Virus record (IMG/VR): IMGVR_UViG_3300036770_004917
Coordinates: 22,044 to 86,043 of that record
From: a virus
Length of the DNA: 64,000 nt
Direction: 5' to 3' (one strand)
Made by a program: the position numbers and the translations under genes. The notes beneath the pieces were generated by a model. That model saw nothing but the letters and a program-made list of their open reading frames with translations, was not told where the DNA came from and ran no database searches. Positions 53,345 to 63,482 of the stretch are shown piece by piece; position 1 is the stretch's first letter; the number at the start of each line of letters is the position of its first letter.

Positions 53345-54172
53345 ATGACCATTGAGCCAATGCATGGTGCGCATTTCGCAAAGTCTTATGTGAGCGCATA
53401 TCTGACAGCAGACCTACCGACACGTCTCCTCAGTTATCGCAATGCCTGGGGAATCGACGACATTACTCTGCCAAGTCCGGTTACATACCTGACCCACGAA
53501 CCAATCGCCCTTGATGAATGGCCAACGATAATAACAACAGCAATTTCAATGACCGGCCTTGAGAGAATCAGCCACGATAGGGGCAACCCCCTATATCGAG
53601 TCAAATACTCAATGCGCACGTACGTTTGGGTTCGTACCGAATATTCTGCTGAGGCGACAATAATGCGCGACAGACTTACGACCGTTGTGCGTGCAGCGCT
53701 ACTGGACTACCCATGCCTAAAGGCAACAGATGCACGCGGCACATTCCGGGTCACGATTGACGAAAGTTCAATCAGGGAAGAGTATTCGGACCTCACGCTC
53801 CTGAAGGGCGACAGAGTTCTTGCCGGTTCATACATCTCCTATGACCTAGAAATAGACGAAATTGTGATGCGCGAAAATATAGCGACACTTAACGAGATTG
53901 ACCTTACTGTCATTCAAAAGGGCGTTACGGAAACACGTTCATCAGGGATAACTGGCGCGACCAAGACAAATCAGACAATTGTCTATAATGCAGTCAATAA
54001 TTTTGCAGTTGGGCAGAAAGTTACAATTATTGGAATTAACCCCACTGTATACAATATGTCTCAGGTAACTATTACTGCAAGAACAAATTCAACATTTACC
54101 ATTGGCGGCATAGAGGGAGCATTTGACGCCTATGTTGGTGGGGGCGTTGCTTACGCCTACTCTACGATTTAG
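53345..54172 (+). CDS. Tail completion/terminator-like protein with C-terminal beta-domain
   Basis: Lies between neck and sheath genes; the C-terminal domain is paralogous to the insert in 52028-52888. Confidence 0.55.
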   Translation: MTIEPMHGAHFAKSYVSAYLTADLPTRLLSYRNAWGIDDITLPSPVTYLTHEPIALDEWPTIITTAISMTGLERISHDRGNPLYRVKYSMRTYVWVRTEYSAEATIMRDRLTTVVRAALLDYPCLKATDARGTFRVTIDESSIREEYSDLTLLKGDRVLAGSYISYDLEIDEIVMRENIATLNEIDLTVIQKGVTETRSSGITGATKTNQTIVYNAVNNFAVGQKVTIIGINPTVYNMSQVTITARTNSTFTIGGIEGAFDAYVGGGVAYAYSTI

Positions 54173-54220
54173 GCAGATGATGTAATATTTGTTTGTTAAC
54201 AAGTTTGCAGGAGAGAAATA

Positions 54221-54616
54221 ATGGAATTCATTGACATTGATGGTCCAGGGGAAGTACAGTCTTATCTCGATAGAGGATATTCCGTTATTAATAACGTATC
54301 GCTTGCCCCAATGCGGCTTCATATATTTCAGGCTGATTTGTATGCAGGAAAATGGGCTGCAGTAAAGGGTGGGAATGACTATCTAGACAAATTGGTCTCC
54401 AAGGGAACATTGTCGGTCTTGAGTAGGACTATGGCTAGCCCAACGGCAGTTGACTCTGAAATTACGAGCGAAGAAGAAGCCCCAAAGGCGAAGAAAAAAG
54501 CAAAAGAAATACAGGAAGAACCAGCCTCGGTGACAGAAGATGCACCAGTTGCAGAACCTGCCATTGAAGTTGTTGATGAAAATAAAGATGTTGAGGTGCA
54601 AGAGAGCACCCAATGA
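54221..54616 (+). CDS. Hypothetical protein with acidic low-complexity C-terminus
   Basis: 131 aa with an AGGAG RBS, just upstream of the sheath. Confidence 0.7.
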   Translation: MEFIDIDGPGEVQSYLDRGYSVINNVSLAPMRLHIFQADLYAGKWAAVKGGNDYLDKLVSKGTLSVLSRTMASPTAVDSEITSEEEAPKAKKKAKEIQEEPASVTEDAPVAEPAIEVVDENKDVEVQESTQ

Positions 54617-54706
54617 GTTTGGTATTCTCTTAGAGCGTACTACGGTAACGCGTCGCTTGGGTAGCCAAACAAACGTGCCGAAAATAGAGCAACCAAGGAA
54701 GGTCTC

Positions 54707-56227
54707 ATGCCTGGTATTCAGATTTCAACAGCAGTAAGAACTGGCCCCACTAACGCAACGGTGCGTGAGTCATCTCAAGCATTCTTCGTTGGCAAGGCAT
54801 CACGCGGACCAGTGGATGAGGCATTGCTTGTCACAAGCCTTGAAGATTTTGAACTCAAGTATGGCGGCTTTGTCAGTGGCTACTACCTCCACCCGACAGT
54901 TGAGGCATTCTTTGAGGAGGGTGGCACTCAGTGTTACGTCGTCCGCGTAGAGAAGGCTGACGCGGTTGCTGCAAGCGCAACCGTACCCAACGACCTCGCA
55001 ACACCCACCACCGCAATCACTATGACCGCAAATGGTCCAGGAACATGGGCCAACGGTGCTGCTAGTGGACTCACCTGGACTGTATCGGCAGGTTCGATTA
55101 CAGGCGCACGTTCGCTCACCCTCTATCTCAATGGCGTGGTGGTCATGACCACCGGTTCTTGCACGACGACCGCCCAGATGGTTGGAAAAATCAACACCCA
55201 TCCCGTTGCATCCCTCTATGTGACTGCCGTTGAGACCAACGCTGGTGTGTATACATCAGAAACAACCATGCCTGATGTCAACGAAACTGCCCAGAACTTT
55301 GCAAGCGGCACTGCTGGCAGCACGAGCATCACAAATGCACAGTACGAGACAGCACTCACCTACTTCCTTGAGTCGTACGGCACCGGCATGGTTGCAATCC
55401 CAGAGAACCCAAGCGTCGTAACTGACGGAGTCTTTGACGACATTACTCTGGACATTATCGCTCACTGTAATACGCATAGTCGTGTTGCCGCCCTACACGG
55501 AGCATACGACGATACCACTACTGAAATTCGTGGAGTTGCCCAAGAGGCTCAATCCCTCGATAACGCTGAGCACATTGCTGTTTACTATCCATGGGTGTAT
55601 GCGCCAACTGGAACGGTTGGAGTTAATCGCATGATTCCCCCCAGTGGATATGTTGCTGGTGCTCGCGCCCGTGCACATAACCAAGTTGGACCACATCAAC
55701 CAGGTGCAGGAATTATCTCCGACGCTCGCTTTGTCAATGGTGTAGTTGCTTCAATTGACAAGACGGTTGGCGATGTTCTGGATGCTGACTGCGTTAATGC
55801 AATTAGAGTCATTAATAACCGTGTCCGCATCTATGGCGCACGCTCCTGCTCGGCCGACACGGCAAACTTCCGATACCTAAATGCACAGGATGTCGTGAAC
55901 TATGTAGTAATTCAGGCCAACCGTACGCTGGAAGATGTTCTCTTCAGCCCAATTGATGGTCGTGGCGGGATGTTTGCTTCAATTGAGGCACGCCTCGTTT
56001 CTGTGATGGAGCCACTTCGCACTCTTGGGGCCCTATACGAAGCCTTTGATGTCAACGGTCGTCGCATCGACTTCGGATATACCGTTAAGTGCAATAATGC
56101 ACTGAACCCCCTATCGCAACTCGTCAATGGCACAGTTACCGCCAGAGTCGGGCTGCGAGTGTCGAGTATTGGTGACTCAATCCAAGTCGACATCATCAAG
56201 TCAAACCTAACCACCTCGGTGGTCTGA
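54707..56227 (+). CDS. Contractile tail sheath protein
   Basis: MPGI, FFVG...RGP, AFFEEGG..CYVVRV, AVYYPW, PPSGYVAG and NAIR...RIYGARS. Confidence 0.93.
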   Translation: MPGIQISTAVRTGPTNATVRESSQAFFVGKASRGPVDEALLVTSLEDFELKYGGFVSGYYLHPTVEAFFEEGGTQCYVVRVEKADAVAASATVPNDLATPTTAITMTANGPGTWANGAASGLTWTVSAGSITGARSLTLYLNGVVVMTTGSCTTTAQMVGKINTHPVASLYVTAVETNAGVYTSETTMPDVNETAQNFASGTAGSTSITNAQYETALTYFLESYGTGMVAIPENPSVVTDGVFDDITLDIIAHCNTHSRVAALHGAYDDTTTEIRGVAQEAQSLDNAEHIAVYYPWVYAPTGTVGVNRMIPPSGYVAGARARAHNQVGPHQPGAGIISDARFVNGVVASIDKTVGDVLDADCVNAIRVINNRVRIYGARSCSADTANFRYLNAQDVVNYVVIQANRTLEDVLFSPIDGRGGMFASIEARLVSVMEPLRTLGALYEAFDVNGRRIDFGYTVKCNNALNPLSQLVNGTVTARVGLRVSSIGDSIQVDIIKSNLTTSVV

Positions 56228-56253
56228 GTCTAGTCCTATTAGTGGAGGCTTAA

Positions 56254-56727
56254 ATGGCAAAGGTATCTCAGCGGCAGATTTTGGCAGACATTAGTCCTGT
56301 CAATGATAACCACCCTAAGTGGATTGGATTCAAGTTCGCCCAGGTTTCTGGTGGCGAAATTACCGCATCAGTAGAAAAGATTTACGAAGGCGGTGCTCGC
56401 TTCCCTACGGTGCTGTGTGCGCCCTTTGAAATCGGCGACGTTACGCTGACTGCCCACTACGACGATGAGTTCCAGGGCGACATCTCCAATAACGCCTCTG
56501 GTATCGCACGTAAGTTGCGCGACCTGCGTCAGTTGGTTGGTAAGGCTTATTACAACATCAACATCAAGACCTATAACTGCGACATTGAAGAACTCGGCAA
56601 CGACCGTGTCTACACTGGTGCACTTCTGGTCGGAATCACCGAGCCTGATGGTGACTCGTCATCTGGCGCTCCAGCAACATTTTCGCTGACTTTTAGTATC
56701 TCAACTGTCGCTTCTGGTACTTCCTGA
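56254..56727 (+). CDS. Tail tube protein
   Basis: 157 aa directly after the sheath; F..VSGGE...GDVTLT...PDGDSSSG. Confidence 0.8.
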   Translation: MAKVSQRQILADISPVNDNHPKWIGFKFAQVSGGEITASVEKIYEGGARFPTVLCAPFEIGDVTLTAHYDDEFQGDISNNASGIARKLRDLRQLVGKAYYNINIKTYNCDIEELGNDRVYTGALLVGITEPDGDSSSGAPATFSLTFSISTVASGTS

Positions 56728-56770
56728 TAGTTGCACTATGGCACTCATCTAGTGTGCTAGGTTGCCACTT

Positions 56771-57292
56771 ATGAGCGAAAATCCATTGTACGAAGAAGCA
56801 GACCAGAGCGTTAAGGCCGCAAAGACCAAGGCGACCAGGTCAGAAACACCCCTTGACAGACTGCTTTCTGTCATCTCATCTAAGGTTGAGATTCCTCCCG
56901 TTCTTCTTGACGTTCCATCGCGTCCTGGCGTCAAACTCCGCATCTCGCCCAATGTATCTCAGCAGCAGATTCGTGCATGGCGAAAGAATGCTGGAGAAGA
57001 CTCCAAGCACGGAATGGACTCAACCAAGTTTGCCGCGTACGTCATCGGCAACACGACCATTGGAATCCTCTTCAACGAGGAGGAGGTGGAGGAAGATGGT
57101 CATGCCCTCAACTTCGCTTCGCCATCAATTCTTGCCGCAACCGATGCGGCACGCCCGGTGCCTGATGCCGTTCGTGCATTCTTTGGCGTTGATGCTCACG
57201 TAGAGTCTGCTGCACTCGCAATTCTTGATGCCTCTGGATACGGGGACACCGTTGAGGTTGAGGACCCTACGAGGGAGTCTTCGACGAACTAA
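56771..57292 (+). CDS. Tail assembly chaperone (gpG-like)
   Basis: Between tube and tape measure; leaderless ATG 56771; ends EDPTRESSTN*. Confidence 0.8.
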   Translation: MSENPLYEEADQSVKAAKTKATRSETPLDRLLSVISSKVEIPPVLLDVPSRPGVKLRISPNVSQQQIRAWRKNAGEDSKHGMDSTKFAAYVIGNTTIGILFNEEEVEEDGHALNFASPSILAATDAARPVPDAVRAFFGVDAHVESAALAILDASGYGDTVEVEDPTRESSTN

Positions 57293-57465
57293 TCGAAGAC
57301 TCCTATGTAAAGAGTGCTGCAAGACTGGGGGAATTGTGGCATGTCAATCCCATAGATTTGCTATCATTAAATGATGATGAATGGCTAATATTGATGGCAT
57401 GTGCTAAAGTTATAGAGCAAGACCGCCAAGAGCAGGAGCGCCAGTCGAAGAGCAATCGCCCCTGA
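57262..57465 (+). CDS. -1 frameshift extension of the tail assembly chaperone (gpGT-like)
   Basis: The -1 frame reads GVFDELIEDSYVKSAARLGELWHVNPIDLL...SNRP* with no obvious start of its own. An 11-bp hairpin (57274-57303) follows GGACCCT. Confidence 0.75.
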   Translation, partial: GPYEGVFDELIEDSYVKSAARLGELWHVNPIDLLSLNDDEWLILMACAKVIEQDRQEQERQSKSNRP

Positions 57466-57493
57466 TAGTAGCCTTTATTGAGAGGTGGGGCCA

Positions 57494-60400
57494 ATGGCCG
57501 CAACTTCAACCTTAACTCTCAGGGTAAAGACTATTGGCGACAAGTCGATTGACTCGGTTACGCGCAAACTGCTGAAGTTGCAGGGCGTCGTCCAGGGCTA
57601 CAATGCCATCAGTACACGCAGCCTAGAAGCCACAAATGTCAAGTGGAGACAACACTTTGATGCTGTTGATAAAGGCATCAAGATGTTTGGTGGTGTGCTG
57701 ACAAAACTGGTGACGAAAAGCGCTAAGTTGGCGACGCTAGAAATCGGCCTTCTTGGTGCTGCAATGATGGGCGTCCATGCGGCATTTGTGCTTGGTAATG
57801 CAACAATGAAGGCGTTCCGATTTGTTGCCTCAGGGGCAGCGGGTGCGGTTGCGGCGCTTACCGTTGCTGCATCAACGGCAGCAGCAGCGATACGTGAGCA
57901 GCAGATGGCCATGTACGCATTCAAGGGCGGAGGCAACTATCAGGCCGCATCCGTCATGATGCGACAACTTGCTTCTGATGCAGATTTAGCATCATTGGGC
58001 GCAGAGAACCTACAGGCAGCATTCGCAACCGTCTCCAAGACTTCTACGTTCACTGCTGGCTCATCGAATCTACTAAAAGGTCTGATGGACTTTGCTAGTG
58101 CAGGCAAGCCACTAGAGGAAGGCGTCAAGGCGGCAGGAAACCTCATCGCCAAACTCCAAGACCCCAAGGCAACATTTAGCCAAATTACCGAGGCTGCCAA
58201 GGAACTTGGCCCCGAAATGGAGAAGGCACTCGCCGAAGCGGGTGGCAAAGGAATCAAGACTGCTGAACAACTCAAGAAAGCAATTCTTGATGGAACACTC
58301 TCTGCTGCAGGTGGAGTGCAGGGTCAGTTTGATGCGGTGAATGGAACATTGCTCAGTCGCTTCAAAGCAACGTTCAACATCATCAAGACAGACTTTGCGG
58401 ATTTTGGTGAACCATTCCTGAAACCGACCAAAGACCTTCTTGAGGATATTTCTCGCACGTTCAAGCGGACATTTGACAGAGTATCTGGTGAGATTGCAAT
58501 GTTTGCCGGAGCGGGTTTCTTTGATGAAATCGGCGGTGTCACAGAGAAAATTGGGGACTTCTTCGTAAAGTTCATTCGCGATTACCTGCCCAAGGTCGAT
58601 GGAATGTTTTCCAGTCTTGGAGGTTGGTGGGACCGCTTCAAGCAGGGCTGGAATATGATTCTGGACAAACTCCGCCCTCTCATTGAGGGAGCGCGAGTTT
58701 TTGAAGAAACACTAATGAGAGTCTTGCGCCCAATTGGTGCACACCTATCCGACGCATTCGGTGGCTTTAATGAGCAGATTATTGCCAATGAAGAAAAGTT
58801 CTACGCCTTTGGTGATGCTGTAGGTCAATTTATTGGCGTGATTTCTAAGTATGCGAAAACTGTTCGTGAAATTTTCATTGATGCTCTCCCGTTCATTACA
58901 AAAATCATCAATGGTCTAACCGGAATCGTTGACCTATTCATGAGTCTCCTCGGTGGATTTAGGGACCTCTTCGGTGGCGGTGGACTCGGTTCATTCATGC
59001 TTATTGCCAAGTTGCTCGTTGGTGGACGAGCAATGAAGAAGACCCCGGGCGGTGTTCTTGCGTCCTATGGAATGAGAGATATAACGCAGGGTGCTGGTGG
59101 CGGACCACTTACTGGTCAGACCGCTGCAGGAAACGTCACAGAGGGCGGAAAAGCAAGAGCCGAAAGACTCGCCAAAACAGCAGGCGCAATTTCACAGCAG
59201 CGAGTCGCTCAAATGAGCGTTCAAAGCATGACGGTTATGAGTTCGTCAGATAAGGCAACTGCCTCTGCGCGCTCTCTCGCCCAACAACAAAAACGCGACG
59301 AGAAACGCTATGAACGAAATTACAAAATCGCAGCAGCAAAGGCAGAGCGTGATTCCACCAGGTCTGCCACTGCGGCAGGAACGGCAGTACCATCAGCACT
59401 CAGTAGGCAGGCCTCTGCACAACTTCAGCAACAGGCCGCCCAAGCAAGGTACGAACAGTCTCGTGGCTTAGGAAAGATTGGTGCCTACAGGGACTTGCGA
59501 CGAGCCAATAAGGCAGAATTTGAGGCGCGCCGGGGGACGATTTCACTACCTCAATACAGTCCATATGGTAATGCTCCTGACGCGACATACAAAAACAACT
59601 TCTTTACAAGAAACTTCCGCATGTCTTCGGAGCAACGTGCTCAAATGGTCAATGAAGAGATGGCAAGGCGGGGGGCTGCTGGCATACCCATGGGCCCAGG
59701 GGCACTTTTCAGAGGATTTACCCAAAAGGGTCGCCAGATGCGAGATTCATACGGCTACAAGAGAATCTTTGGTGGAAACGTTGGCACCAAGGATAATCCC
59801 GTCATGAAGAAGGGCATCAATAACTCAATGGGCGCCGGGATGGCAGCAAGCCTGGGTCTTGGGCTTCTCTCCAACGTGATGCCACAGGAATCACAGGGCG
59901 CATTGGCGCTTGGTTCAGCGGTATCAATGGTTAACCCCATTGCCGGTCTGGCTGTTGGCGTTATCGGTGGGGCAATCATGGGGATTCGTGGGGCCACAAA
60001 GCGCAAAAAGAAGGAAGCCATTGCTGAAGCAAAGAGACAATCGCAAGACTTCATGGAAGGCGTTGTTGGTTCATACACGAAAAAAATGGGCGAGATGCTG
60101 GAGAGGGGGACACTCACCAAGGATGCCCTGAAAAACATGCGTCAAACTCGCAAGAATCAATTTCAGGATAGGCAAAATCAACTAGATGCAATAATTATGG
60201 GAACCCTCAATAGAAGAGGTAAGCGTGCGCTGGAGATTGGTGCTGGAACTGGCGCCCCAGCGATGGTCGGGGAAATGGGAGCGACGACCGCTGCCGAACT
60301 CGCCCGAATGGACCTTAAGGGCTATGACATCATGGATAGTGGTGCCCTAAAGGACATGGCTAAAAAACAAAAAATGACTGGTACTGGCATTTTTGGTTCA

Positions 60401-61894
60401 CTAAGCGATGAGGCATACAAGGAGGCAATGAAGAACCCTGATGCATTCATTGCTGCACAAAGAGAAATTAATGAAGTTCAGGCTCAAGCATTTGACTTAG
60501 TAACACAGTTCGGAGACCAGCGAGCAGGGAGTATTGCTTCCTCGCTTGGAAAAACTGAAATGGAAATCAGGAAATTAGCCGATGCGGCTGGCGTCAATTT
60601 GCATGACAGTGCTCAGACTACGCGTGAACAGGTAATGAAACTTGCTGAAGCAATGGTCAACACATCTCAGGAATTGCGGAATGCTGCTGCTGATGTATTT
60701 GCAACAGGTACTGACATATTCCGCAAGTCAAGAGAAGCAAAAGAAGGGAAAAGTGCCCTTAATGAAGAGTCATTTGCAATTCGTGGTCAAATTGATGAAT
60801 TCCTGAAGGGAAATATCTTTGATGCTGCCGCCCAAGATAGTTTGGATACAGGTCTCCTAACATATTTTGAGAATTTTAGACAAAATCTTATTGCTCAGTA
60901 TGGTGGCGACACGATGCTGGCTGACCAGGAATTTAATAGACTATTTGGAGTTGGTGGAACTGCATTCAGTCAAGAAGGTGGAGCACTGCAGGGGCAAGAA
61001 TCACTAATTTATTCACTCGTCGGAGATGAACTCGGCAAAGTCATTGGAGCCGGAGAAGCAGGCGGAACTAAAAATATTGAAGAATTACTCAGGAGCAATT
61101 TCCTAGAATCTGGATTCCAACTTGGTGGCGATGTTGGCGCAATGGCCAAGGCCATATATGGCTTGGACGCACAAACTCAACAGCAGTTATTTAGTCAAGT
61201 TGAAAATGCAAACCTAGCGGACCCTGGCGTTCAGAAAGCAATACTGGATATATTGCAGAGAAATACTGGAGTCACTGGTATTGAAGCCAGCACCTATATT
61301 GAGCCACAACTTGAGGCTGCGGGCCTTATGAAGGATGCTGCAGAACTTTTCAAAAATTCTACAATGACATTCCAGGAAGCGAGTGGACTTATTATTACAG
61401 AATTAGGAGAGGGTGACAGACGTTCTCCATTTGGTGGAATTGGTGATTCGCTGACGTCATCAATGGGCAGAACATTATCTAGTCACTCCGCAATAAATTC
61501 TGGAATCCCAGGTCGCCGAACAATTACGTCTGGATATAGAAACTTTGCCCTCGGCTCACTGAAGTCCGACCATGTAACGGGTAGGGCGCTAGATATGGTG
61601 GGAGACAACCTTGTTTCCTATCGCGACAAGATGACTGCGGCTGGTGGTCTTGCTGAATTCCACGGCAAGGGTGATTCTCGACATCTCCATGTCGTTCCGC
61701 CACAATCTGGAAGCATTGGAGACTCACTAACTGCGGTTTCTGCAACTTCCGCTTCAGTATCTAGTGGAGGGCGTGGGACTTCTGTATCCAATACAAACAA
61801 CTTCTATATCACGGGGACAAATGCAAATGAAATTGCAGATGCCGTCATGTCCAAGATGGCTATGGTCAATAAAAGCAATGAGGAGAGACGATGA
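57494..61894 (+). CDS. Tape measure protein with C-terminal M15/LAS-type peptidase domain
   Basis: Long Ala/Gly-rich helical protein after the chaperones; ITSGYR...SDHVTGRALD...HLHV at ~61520-61695. Confidence 0.88.
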   Translation: MAATSTLTLRVKTIGDKSIDSVTRKLLKLQGVVQGYNAISTRSLEATNVKWRQHFDAVDKGIKMFGGVLTKLVTKSAKLATLEIGLLGAAMMGVHAAFVLGNATMKAFRFVASGAAGAVAALTVAASTAAAAIREQQMAMYAFKGGGNYQAASVMMRQLASDADLASLGAENLQAAFATVSKTSTFTAGSSNLLKGLMDFASAGKPLEEGVKAAGNLIAKLQDPKATFSQITEAAKELGPEMEKALAEAGGKGIKTAEQLKKAILDGTLSAAGGVQGQFDAVNGTLLSRFKATFNIIKTDFADFGEPFLKPTKDLLEDISRTFKRTFDRVSGEIAMFAGAGFFDEIGGVTEKIGDFFVKFIRDYLPKVDGMFSSLGGWWDRFKQGWNMILDKLRPLIEGARVFEETLMRVLRPIGAHLSDAFGGFNEQIIANEEKFYAFGDAVGQFIGVISKYAKTVREIFIDALPFITKIINGLTGIVDLFMSLLGGFRDLFGGGGLGSFMLIAKLLVGGRAMKKTPGGVLASYGMRDITQGAGGGPLTGQTAAGNVTEGGKARAERLAKTAGAISQQRVAQMSVQSMTVMSSSDKATASARSLAQQQKRDEKRYERNYKIAAAKAERDSTRSATAAGTAVPSALSRQASAQLQQQAAQARYEQSRGLGKIGAYRDLRRANKAEFEARRGTISLPQYSPYGNAPDATYKNNFFTRNFRMSSEQRAQMVNEEMARRGAAGIPMGPGALFRGFTQKGRQMRDSYGYKRIFGGNVGTKDNPVMKKGINNSMGAGMAASLGLGLLSNVMPQESQGALALGSAVSMVNPIAGLAVGVIGGAIMGIRGATKRKKKEAIAEAKRQSQDFMEGVVGSYTKKMGEMLERGTLTKDALKNMRQTRKNQFQDRQNQLDAIIMGTLNRRGKRALEIGAGTGAPAMVGEMGATTAAELARMDLKGYDIMDSGALKDMAKKQKMTGTGIFGSLSDEAYKEAMKNPDAFIAAQREINEVQAQAFDLVTQFGDQRAGSIASSLGKTEMEIRKLADAAGVNLHDSAQTTREQVMKLAEAMVNTSQELRNAAADVFATGTDIFRKSREAKEGKSALNEESFAIRGQIDEFLKGNIFDAAAQDSLDTGLLTYFENFRQNLIAQYGGDTMLADQEFNRLFGVGGTAFSQEGGALQGQESLIYSLVGDELGKVIGAGEAGGTKNIEELLRSNFLESGFQLGGDVGAMAKAIYGLDAQTQQQLFSQVENANLADPGVQKAILDILQRNTGVTGIEASTYIEPQLEAAGLMKDAAELFKNSTMTFQEASGLIITELGEGDRRSPFGGIGDSLTSSMGRTLSSHSAINSGIPGRRTITSGYRNFALGSLKSDHVTGRALDMVGDNLVSYRDKMTAAGGLAEFHGKGDSRHLHVVPPQSGSIGDSLTAVSATSASVSSGGRGTSVSNTNNFYITGTNANEIADAVMSKMAMVNKSNEERR

Positions 61895-63471
61895 CTCTCT
61901 ATACTGCTGAGCAATGGCCAAGGGGTTTCGTCATACGCAAAGACCCATTTCCTCAAAGTGGCGTGCGTGGAACGATTCAGAAACAAAACGCTGGACCGAA
62001 TTTGGTTGGCGGCGTACTGACCGATGTGGCCAAACGGGCAGGCGTAAAACCAGATGATGTAATTAAAAAAATTACTACAACGAATGCGTTGGGCTATACA
62101 ACTACTACTTGGACAAACACAAGAACTGGTCAAATATTCAATGCCAATCCATACAAGATTGAACCACGACCGCCGAGGGGTCAGCCTATTGCTCAAAGTA
62201 CATTCACAAAAACAAATTGGATTGGCCTCAGGCTCCCCGGTGGCCAGGGAACACCTATAGGAATGCAGTTATGGATTGTGACCGGTACGGGAATAAATAA
62301 AGAGGATGCATCAAACGCGTATATCCGTAGAGGTGGCAGATTTATTGAAACTAGTGGTGGTGAATATTTTGTACCATACAGCGATATGCGTGGAACATCC
62401 AATAGATACGCGCCTCGCAAACTTGGCCTGCCATACAGAAGTGATGATGAAATAGTCGACTATAAGCAAGAAGTTTTTGAAAAGTTTGGCATTACCTCAA
62501 ATGAACTAACCGCACAGGGGTTTGACTGGGTGAATGGATTCTATCCAGCACCACCTGGCGAGATTAGTCAGTATGATATTGGATATTGGACAGGGTCAGA
62601 TTCCCTAGTTAATCAGCCACTAAATTTTGGCGGCTCGGGTGGTGGTTCTGGTCGAGGGTCTAGTGGAAGGGGTAGCGGAACACCAGCAACCCCAAATCTC
62701 CCCGTGCCTGCGGTGACTATCACGACAAGAATGCCCAAAGGTTATGCTGGTCGTGGCGAAGCGGTGTCCTCACGTCCACAGATGGTGCAGCGATATTTGA
62801 CCGACGACAATAAACATGCTGATGAGGTTTTTATATTCAAATATGTTCCCCAAGGAATCAAGTACAGTGGACTCTCGGGTCAGTGGGTAGAGGTGCCAAG
62901 AGCGGAGGATATTCCATTCGTAGATTGGGCTAGTTGGCAACTCATGAAGGTTTCATTTTCTTTTATAGTTGCCGATGACAGGATAGAACCAGGCGGCACA
63001 TCAGTTCCTGACGGTTTGGAAATCTCGGTTGATGGACAGGTTGAGAAATTGCGCAAAATGGCTCAGCGTAAAACTCCAGTAACACTTGTCAACTTTGATG
63101 AAATGCTCACATTCCAGTTGCGGCGTGGTGTTTCTGGACAAACAGGAACACAGATACCGCAGCCAAATATGGAATTCGTTATTACGGACTTTAGCGTTAC
63201 CGCAACACGAAGAACATCCATACCGCAAACAGGCGCACCGTCAACCCCGTCATTGATTGCTGTTGCTCAGTGCGAAATTACGCTCACTGAAATACCTGTT
63301 GAGACAGTCGGAATTATTGCTTTGCCGCCGATTACGACTCCTGGCCTTCCGACAACAACAAAAAGACCACCCGGAGCGGGCCCTGCCAGCCAAAGATACA
63401 ATTACATAACAGACATTATGGCGTCGCCAGATAAGGCATACAATCCATATGTCCCCAACGACAACACGTAG
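61891..63471 (+). CDS. Baseplate/tail-tube initiator-like protein
   Basis: Follows the tape measure; C-terminal F.YVP..I.YS...W.EVPR...SFSF...ITDFSV...ITLTE pattern. Confidence 0.55.
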   Translation: MTLYTAEQWPRGFVIRKDPFPQSGVRGTIQKQNAGPNLVGGVLTDVAKRAGVKPDDVIKKITTTNALGYTTTTWTNTRTGQIFNANPYKIEPRPPRGQPIAQSTFTKTNWIGLRLPGGQGTPIGMQLWIVTGTGINKEDASNAYIRRGGRFIETSGGEYFVPYSDMRGTSNRYAPRKLGLPYRSDDEIVDYKQEVFEKFGITSNELTAQGFDWVNGFYPAPPGEISQYDIGYWTGSDSLVNQPLNFGGSGGGSGRGSSGRGSGTPATPNLPVPAVTITTRMPKGYAGRGEAVSSRPQMVQRYLTDDNKHADEVFIFKYVPQGIKYSGLSGQWVEVPRAEDIPFVDWASWQLMKVSFSFIVADDRIEPGGTSVPDGLEISVDGQVEKLRKMAQRKTPVTLVNFDEMLTFQLRRGVSGQTGTQIPQPNMEFVITDFSVTATRRTSIPQTGAPSTPSLIAVAQCEITLTEIPVETVGIIALPPITTPGLPTTTKRPPGAGPASQRYNYITDIMASPDKAYNPYVPNDNT

Positions 63472-63482
63472 AATGCACAGCC

